Origin: an uncultured Paraprevotella sp.
GTDB lineage: Bacteria > Bacteroidota > Bacteroidia > Bacteroidales > Bacteroidaceae
NCBI GenBank assembly: GCA_964466445.1
Contig: CAYXQT010000003.1
Span: forward strand, 1-43,101
Direction: 5' to 3'
DNA length: 43,101 nucleotides
The stretch's first letter is position 1; every line of letters begins with the position of its first letter. The position numbers and the translations under genes were made by a program. This document shows positions 37,401 through 43,101 of the stretch, piece after piece. Under the pieces are notes generated by a model. It did no database searches and was not told the origin of the DNA. It worked only from the letters and a program-made list of their open reading frames with translations.

Positions 37401-38307
37401 TTCGGCTTTGGAGGGAATCGACTTCACGGCGACACAATTGAGCGGATGGACGAACGACGAGCACCTGAACAGGTTGATATCGCGGTTGACCATCAACTAC
37501 CTAAAGAAATACAAATTGCTTGACGCGGAACTAAAGCGCAAGAAGTTCGCCATCACGATTGGCGACGAATTGCCTTCGGGCATCATCCAGATGGCCAAGG
37601 TTTACATTGCCAAGAAACGCAAGATAGGCGTGGGTGACAAGCTGGCGGGACGTCACGGAAACAAGGGCATTGTGTCGAAAATCGTGCGTCAGGAAGACAT
37701 GCCGTTCCTTGCCGACGGTACGCCGGTGGACATCGTCTTGAACCCCTTGGGCGTGCCTTCGCGCATGAACATCGGGCAGATTTTCGAGACTGTATTAGGC
37801 GCAGCAGGAAAAACGCTTGGCGTGAAGTTCGCCACTCCGATTTTCGATGGAGCCACATTGGACGATTTGTGCGAATGGACGGACAAGGCGGGCTTGCCTC
37901 GCTATTGTTCCACGCAACTGTACGACGGCGAGACCGGTGAGAAGTTCGACCAGTTGGCTACCGTTGGCATCGCTTATATGCTGAAGTTGGGTCACATGGT
38001 GGAAGACAAGATGCACGCCCGTTCCATCGGCCCGTATTCATTGATTACCCAACAGCCGCTGGGCGGTAAGGCTCAGTTCGGCGGACAGCGTTTCGGTGAA
38101 ATGGAAGTCTGGGCTATCGAGGCATTCGGAGCGTCACACGTATTACAGGAAATTTTGACTATCAAGTCGGACGATGTGACAGGACGCTCGAAAGCATACG
38201 AAGCGATTGTCAAAGGCGAGCCGATGCCGACTCCGGGCATTCCGGAATCATTGAATGTGTTGCTCCACGAACTGAGAGGTTTGGGATTGAGTATCGCACT
38301 TGAATAG
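34492..38307 (+). CDS. rpoB: RNA polymerase beta subunit
   Basis: [41 protein letters not shown]. Confidence 0.99.
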   Translation: MSSNLVTQRVNFATVKSPMPYPDFLDVQLKSFKDFLQLDTPPEKRKNDGLYKVFSENFPIADTRNNFVLEFLDYYIDPPRYTIEECLERGLTYSVPLKAKLKLYCTDPDHEDFDTVIQDVFLGPIPYMTDNGTFIINGAERVVVSQLHRSPGVFFGSSIHANGTQLYSARIIPFKGSWIEFATDINNVMYAYIDRKKKLPVTTLLRAIGFEDDKDILEIFNLAEEVKATKSNLKKQIGKKLAARVLKSWIEDFVDEDTGEVVSIERNEVILDREAVLDEENIHTILDSGAESVLLHKEEANTSDYSIIFNTLQKDPCNSEKEAILYIYRQLRNADPADDANAREVINNLFFSEKRYDLGEVGRYRINRKLNLSTDMDVRVLTKEDIIEIIKYLIELINSKALVDDIDHLSNRRVRTVGEQLSNQFAIGLVRMNRTIRERMNVRDNEVFTPADLINAKTISSVINSFFGTNALSQFMDQTNPLAEVTHKRRLSALGPGGLSRERAGFEVRDVHYTHYGRLCPIESPEGPNIGLISSLCVYAKINSLGFIETPYRKVHDGVVDLSLGTGIEYLTAEEEEGKVIGQGNAPLNDDGTFIRKKVKCRRDDDYPVVPPSDVNLMDVAPQQIASIAAALIPFLEHDDAHRALMGSNMMRQAVPLLRSESPIVGTGIEKQVCEDSRTMITAEGDGVVEYVDATTIRILYDRTEEEEFVSFEPALKEYRIPKFRRTNQNMTIDLRPICDKGQRVKAGDILTEGYSTHEGELALGKNLLVAYMPWKGYNYEDAIVLNERVVREDILTSIHVEEFSLEVRETKRGMEELTADIPNVSEEATKDLDENGIVRVGALIQPGDIMIGKITPKGESDPSPEEKLLRAIFGDKAGDVKDASLKASPSLNGVVIDKKLFSRAIKTRAAKAADKLLLPKIDEEFNSKVADLKSILIDKLLELTKGKVSQGVKDYMGSDVIASGRKFTASALEGIDFTATQLSGWTNDEHLNRLISRLTINYLKKYKLLDAELKRKKFAITIGDELPSGIIQMAKVYIAKKRKIGVGDKLAGRHGNKGIVSKIVRQEDMPFLADGTPVDIVLNPLGVPSRMNIGQIFETVLGAAGKTLGVKFATPIFDGATLDDLCEWTDKAGLPRYCSTQLYDGETGEKFDQLATVGIAYMLKLGHMVEDKMHARSIGPYSLITQQPLGGKAQFGGQRFGEMEVWAIEAFGASHVLQEILTIKSDDVTGRSKAYEAIVKGEPMPTPGIPESLNVLLHELRGLGLSIALE

Positions 38308-38496
38308 TCGTGCAAGGCGAACTTGACATAAAGGCCGGAGCAGGGTCGGTATCGCTTAGGACGCGATGGAACGAAAGTTGTGTCATGCGGCACGAAGGCA
38401 AAACGGAAGATTGGTAGTTCAGGCGAACTCACGCCGGAGTGTGGCCGACATCCAATAAAGCAAATAACATTTGAACCTTTTTATCAAAAATAGAAC

Positions 38497-41400
38497 ATGG
38501 CTTTTAGAAAAGAATCCAAAATAAAAAGTAACTTCACGAAGATAACCATCGGATTGGCTTCGCCCGAGGAAATTCTGGAAAATTCGTATGGTGAGGTCTT
38601 GAAACCCGAAACCATCAACTACCGTACCTATAAACCGGAACGTGACGGTTTGTTCTGCGAACGCATCTTCGGCCCGACGAAAGATTATGAATGCCATTGC
38701 GGAAAGTACAAGCGAATCCGTTATAAAGGCATTGTCTGCGACCGTTGCGGTGTGGAAGTCACGGAAAAGAAAGTGCGCCGCGAACGTTCGGGGCATATCG
38801 CATTAGTGGTGCCCGTGACCCATATCTGGTATTTCCGTTCGTTACCGAACAAGATTGGATACTTGCTGGGACTGCCGACAAAAAAGCTGGACGCAGTCAT
38901 TTACTATGAACGTTATATCGTAATCCAACCCGGCATGCTGGCCGAAGAAGGACTCGGTACAAATGACTTGCTGACAGAAGAAGAGTATCTGGATTATCTG
39001 GAGAAACTGCCCAAAGAAAACCAGTATCTGGATGATTCGGATCCTAACAAGTTCGTGGCCAAGATGGGTGCGGAGGCCATTTATGACCTTTTAACCCGCT
39101 TGGATTTGGACAAATTGTCATACGAATTGCGTGACAGTGCCAATGCCGACACGACACAGCAGCGTAAGACCGAAGCCTTGAAGCGGTTGCAAGTGGTTGA
39201 ATCTTTCCGTGCCAGCCGAGGACGCAACAAGCCGGAATGGATGATTATGAAGATACTTCCGGTGATTCCGCCTGAATTGCGCCCGTTGGTTCCGCTGGAT
39301 GGCGGGCGTTTTGCCACTTCCGACTTGAACGACTTGTACCGCCGCGTCATCATACGTAACAATCGCTTGAAGCGGCTGATTGAAATCAAGGCACCGGAGG
39401 TGATTCTGCGCAATGAAAAACGCATGTTGCAGGAGGCCGTGGACAGCCTGTTCGACAACTCGCGCAAGGCAAGCGCGGTGAAAGCGGATGCCAACCGTCC
39501 TTTGAAGTCCCTCTCCGATTCGTTGAAAGGCAAGCAAGGGCGTTTCCGCCAGAACTTGTTAGGCAAGCGCGTGGACTATTCAGCCCGATCGGTCATTGTC
39601 GTGGGGCCGGAGTTGAAGATGGGGGAATGTGGACTGCCTAAGTTGATGGCCGCGGAGCTTTACAAGCCGTTCATTATCCGTAAGCTCATAGAACGCGGTA
39701 TCGTGAAGACCGTGAAGTCCGCCAAGAAAATTGTAGACCGCAAGGAACCCGTGATTTGGGACATATTGGAATATGTGATGAGGGGTCACCCGGTACTGTT
39801 GAACCGTGCCCCGACATTGCACCGCTTGGGCATCCAAGCTTTCCAGCCCAAGATGATAGAGGGCAAGGCCATCCAGTTGCACCCGTTGGCATGCACGGCG
39901 TTCAATGCCGACTTCGACGGTGACCAGATGGCCGTGCATCTGCCCCTGAGCAATGAAGCAATCTTAGAGGCACAGATTCTGATGTTGCAGTCCCACAATA
40001 TACTGAACCCGGCGAACGGCGCGCCGATTACAGTGCCTTCGCAGGATATGGTGTTGGGTTTGTATTATATTACCAAGCTCCGTCCCGGAGCAAAGGGTGA
40101 GGGCTTGACGTTCTACGGACCTGAAGAGGCTATCATCGCTTACAACGAAAAGCGTGTAGACATTCATGCGCCTGTCAAGGTCGTGGTGAAAGACCTGAAT
40201 GCGGACGGAAAGTTGGAGAAAAAGTTGGTGGAGACATCCGTGGGTCGTGTGATTGTCAACGAAATCATTCCGGAAGAAGTCGGTTATTTCAATGACACCA
40301 TTTCCAAGAAAACCTTGCGCGGCATCATCACTGACGTGATAAAGACAGTAGGTGTAGCCCGTACTTGCGAATTCTTAGACGGCATCAAGAACTTAGGTTA
40401 CCGTATGGCATACGTGGGCGGTTTGTCCTTCAACTTGGATGACATCATCATACCCGAGGAAAAAGAGGAATTGGTTCGTCGCGGTAATGAAGAGGTGGAA
40501 CGTATCGCCAACGATTACGGGATGGGGTTCATCACTGACAACGAACGTTATAATCAGGTCATCGACACGTGGACACACGTCAACAATGACCTTTCCAAGT
40601 CCTTGATGAAGACTATGAAAGAGGCGGATCAGGGTTTCAATTCCGTATATATGATGTTGGATTCCGGGGCGCGTGGTTCCGCGGGACAGATTAGCCAGCT
40701 TTCCGGCATGCGTGGCTTGATGGCGAAGCCGCAGAAAGCGGGGGCGGAAGGTACCCAGATTATCGAGAACCCGATTCTTTCCAACTTCAAGGAAGGCATG
40801 AGCGTGCTGGAGTACTTCATCTCCACTCACGGTGCACGCAAGGGGTTGGCCGATACGGCTTTGAAGACAGCCGACGCGGGTTATCTGACGCGCCGCCTTG
40901 TAGACGTGTCCCACGATGTGATTATCACGGAAGAAGATTGCGGTACATTGCGTGGGTTGGCGTGCACGTCCCTGCGGAACGGCGATGAAGTGATTTCCTC
41001 GCTTTATGAGCGCATCCTCGGACGTGTGTCCGTACATGACATCATCAATCCCACGACGGGCAAGCTGATTGTTTCCGCGGGAGAAGAAATCACGGAGGGC
41101 AAGGCACAGGAGATAGAAGATTCTCCGATAGAAAGCGTGGAAATCCGTTCGGTGTTGACATGCGAGAGCCGCAAGGGAGTCTGCATGAAATGTTACGGGC
41201 GCAATTTGGCGACGGGGCGGATGGTACAGAAGGGAGAGGCTGTAGGCGTGATTGCGGCTCAGTCGATTGGAGAGCCGGGCACACAGCTGACGCTTCGCAC
41301 GTTCCATGCAGGAGGCGTGGCATCTAACGCGGCGGCGGACGCGGCCATCATCGCGAGGTACGATTCGAGGGTGGAGTTTGAGGAACTACGGACGGTGGAC

Positions 41401-42774
41401 ACGACCGACGAGACGGGGAACGCCGTCAAGACGGTAACGGGACGTCTGGCGGAGGTGCGCTTCGTGGATGTCAATACGGACATCGTACTCTTCACGCAAA
41501 ACGTGCCTTACGGTTCCACCTTGTATGTGAACGAGGGGGACAAAGTGGAGAAAGGCGAGCTGATTGCAAAGTGGGATCCGTTCAACGCGGTCATCGTGAC
41601 GGAAATTTCAGGCATAGTCCAGTTCGAGGACGTGACGGAAGGGATGACTTACCGCGTGGAAGCGGACGAGACGACGGGTCTGCGGGAGATGATTATCACG
41701 GAGCCGAAAGACAGGATGAAGATTCCTTCGGCGCATATCTTGGATGAGAACGGGAAGTCGGCTCGCACGTACAACTTCCCCATCGGAGGTCACGTGGCCA
41801 TCGAGGACGGCCAGACTGTCAAAGCAGGGGACATCTTGGTGAAGATTCCACGCGCGGTGGGCAAGGCGGGAGACATCACGGGCGGTCTTCCGCGCGTGAC
41901 AGAATTGTTCGAGGCACGGAATCCGTCCAATCCGGCTGTGGTCTCGGAAATTGACGGGGAGGTGACGACGGGCAAGCTGAAACGGGGCAACCGGGAAATT
42001 ATCGTCACCTCGAAGTTAGGAGAGGTGAAGAAGTATCTCGTGCCGTTGTCGAAGCAGATTCTGGTACAGGAGAACGACTACGTGCGTGCGGGGACACCGC
42101 TGTCGGACGGCGCGGTCACGCCGGCGGACATCTTGGCAATTAAGGGTCCCACGGCAGTGCAGGAGTACATCGTGAACGAGATTCAGGACGTGTACCGTCT
42201 GCAGGGAGTGAAGATTAATGACAAGCACTTCGAGGTGATTGTGCGGCAAATGATGCGGAAGGTGCAGATAGAGGAACCGGGCGACACGCGGTTCTTAGAG
42301 CAACAGGTGGTGGACAAACTTGATTTCGCGGAGGAGAACGACCGGATTTGGGGAAAGAAAGTGGTGGTGGATGCCGGGGACTCGGAAACGATGGAGAAAG
42401 GGATGATTGTGACGGCACGGAAGTTGCGTGACGAGAATTCGACGCTGAAACGCAAGGACATGAGGCTGGTCGAGGCTCGTGAGGCGATGCCGGCGACATC
42501 AGTCCAAATTTTGCAAGGCATCACGCGTGCGGCTCTGCAGACATCAAGTTTCATGTCGGCCGCCTCGTTCCAGGAAACGACGAAGGTGCTGAACGACGCG
42601 GCAATCAACGGGAAGACCGACAAGTTGGAAGGGATGAAGGAGAACGTGATTTGCGGGCATCTGATACCAGCGGGGACGGGTCTTCGCGAGTTCGAGAAGA
42701 TAGTTGTGGGGAGCAAGGAGGAGTACGAGCGTCTGACGGCCAATCGCAAGTCCGTACTGGATTTCGACGAGTAA
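38497..42774 (+). CDS. rpoC: RNA polymerase beta-prime subunit
   Basis: Zn finger CHC...[24 protein letters not shown]. Confidence 0.99.
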   Translation: MAFRKESKIKSNFTKITIGLASPEEILENSYGEVLKPETINYRTYKPERDGLFCERIFGPTKDYECHCGKYKRIRYKGIVCDRCGVEVTEKKVRRERSGHIALVVPVTHIWYFRSLPNKIGYLLGLPTKKLDAVIYYERYIVIQPGMLAEEGLGTNDLLTEEEYLDYLEKLPKENQYLDDSDPNKFVAKMGAEAIYDLLTRLDLDKLSYELRDSANADTTQQRKTEALKRLQVVESFRASRGRNKPEWMIMKILPVIPPELRPLVPLDGGRFATSDLNDLYRRVIIRNNRLKRLIEIKAPEVILRNEKRMLQEAVDSLFDNSRKASAVKADANRPLKSLSDSLKGKQGRFRQNLLGKRVDYSARSVIVVGPELKMGECGLPKLMAAELYKPFIIRKLIERGIVKTVKSAKKIVDRKEPVIWDILEYVMRGHPVLLNRAPTLHRLGIQAFQPKMIEGKAIQLHPLACTAFNADFDGDQMAVHLPLSNEAILEAQILMLQSHNILNPANGAPITVPSQDMVLGLYYITKLRPGAKGEGLTFYGPEEAIIAYNEKRVDIHAPVKVVVKDLNADGKLEKKLVETSVGRVIVNEIIPEEVGYFNDTISKKTLRGIITDVIKTVGVARTCEFLDGIKNLGYRMAYVGGLSFNLDDIIIPEEKEELVRRGNEEVERIANDYGMGFITDNERYNQVIDTWTHVNNDLSKSLMKTMKEADQGFNSVYMMLDSGARGSAGQISQLSGMRGLMAKPQKAGAEGTQIIENPILSNFKEGMSVLEYFISTHGARKGLADTALKTADAGYLTRRLVDVSHDVIITEEDCGTLRGLACTSLRNGDEVISSLYERILGRVSVHDIINPTTGKLIVSAGEEITEGKAQEIEDSPIESVEIRSVLTCESRKGVCMKCYGRNLATGRMVQKGEAVGVIAAQSIGEPGTQLTLRTFHAGGVASNAAADAAIIARYDSRVEFEELRTVDTTDETGNAVKTVTGRLAEVRFVDVNTDIVLFTQNVPYGSTLYVNEGDKVEKGELIAKWDPFNAVIVTEISGIVQFEDVTEGMTYRVEADETTGLREMIITEPKDRMKIPSAHILDENGKSARTYNFPIGGHVAIEDGQTVKAGDILVKIPRAVGKAGDITGGLPRVTELFEARNPSNPAVVSEIDGEVTTGKLKRGNREIIVTSKLGEVKKYLVPLSKQILVQENDYVRAGTPLSDGAVTPADILAIKGPTAVQEYIVNEIQDVYRLQGVKINDKHFEVIVRQMMRKVQIEEPGDTRFLEQQVVDKLDFAEENDRIWGKKVVVDAGDSETMEKGMIVTARKLRDENSTLKRKDMRLVEAREAMPATSVQILQGITRAALQTSSFMSAASFQETTKVLNDAAINGKTDKLEGMKENVICGHLIPAGTGLREFEKIVVGSKEEYERLTANRKSVLDFDE

Positions 42775-42878
42775 AGGAATTCCTCCGCTCCGTTCTGCTC
42801 CGTATGGAGACAGAATCGTCCTCCTCAAACCTTTCTCGGAGAAACGGCGTAACTATCCGAAAAACACCTTGTCGGAGC

Positions 42879-42912
42879 AAAAAATCTCAGGAGTTATTCC
42901 TGAGATTTTTTT
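42879..42912 (+). terminator. Intrinsic terminator after rpoC
   Basis: AAAAAATCTCAGGA-GTTAT-TCCTGAGATTTTTTT. Confidence 0.85.
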
Positions 42913-42980
42913 GTAGTTGTACGGGGTGGTGCGATGATGTCGGATTCGGAACTTTTTTGGAGAAATTCTTCCGGCGATGT

Positions 42981-43101
42981 ACGCGAGTTCGGAATAAGCA
43001 AGTACATGAAAAACTGATAATCTCGCAAAGGATTTGTATTTTTCATGTGTGGAAAACAACAGCTTACAAAGGCATAAGCGATGATTGCCGAAGACAAAGT
43101 C
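42981..43101 (+). mobile_element. Left end of a probable IS982-family element (cut by the window edge)
   Basis: IR-like ACGCGAGTTCGGAATAA at 42981; ORF start MIAEDKV at 43081 resembles the Bacteroidales IS982 transposase start MITEDKV; only 7 codons visible. Confidence 0.55.

Overview
Bacteroidales chromosome segment (Prevotella/Alloprevotella-like: TAnnTTTG promoters, T9SS SprA). Most of it is housekeeping: bcp, DUF2461, a membrane AraC-type regulator, recO, tRNA-Glu, rpsT, tRNA-Ser, sprA, ruvA, an orphan Dam-like methylase, pnp, a TlpA-like lipoprotein, then rpsU-xerC-hpf, four tRNAs, tuf, tRNA-Trp, secE-nusG-rplKAJL-rpoBC. Two accessory blocks stand out. (1) At 4.4-9.9 kb, a surface locus of a 1233-aa coiled-coil lipoprotein, a small lipoprotein and OmpA resembles Bacteroides S-layer loci but has no adjacent recombinase. 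(2) At 25.7-27.3 kb, a lower-GC, translationally coupled gene pair sits beside a decayed IS30. It encodes a protein with the motifs of the AAG/MPG alkylpurine DNA glycosylase family and a shortened agmatine-deiminase (pentein) enzyme with intact catalytic motifs. This pair is my best candidate for an undescribed system, possibly acting on modified DNA bases or in anti-phage defence (inference). There are also several palindromic or direct repeats and the probable start of an IS982 element at the right edge. All assignments come from motif recognition by eye; no searches were run.
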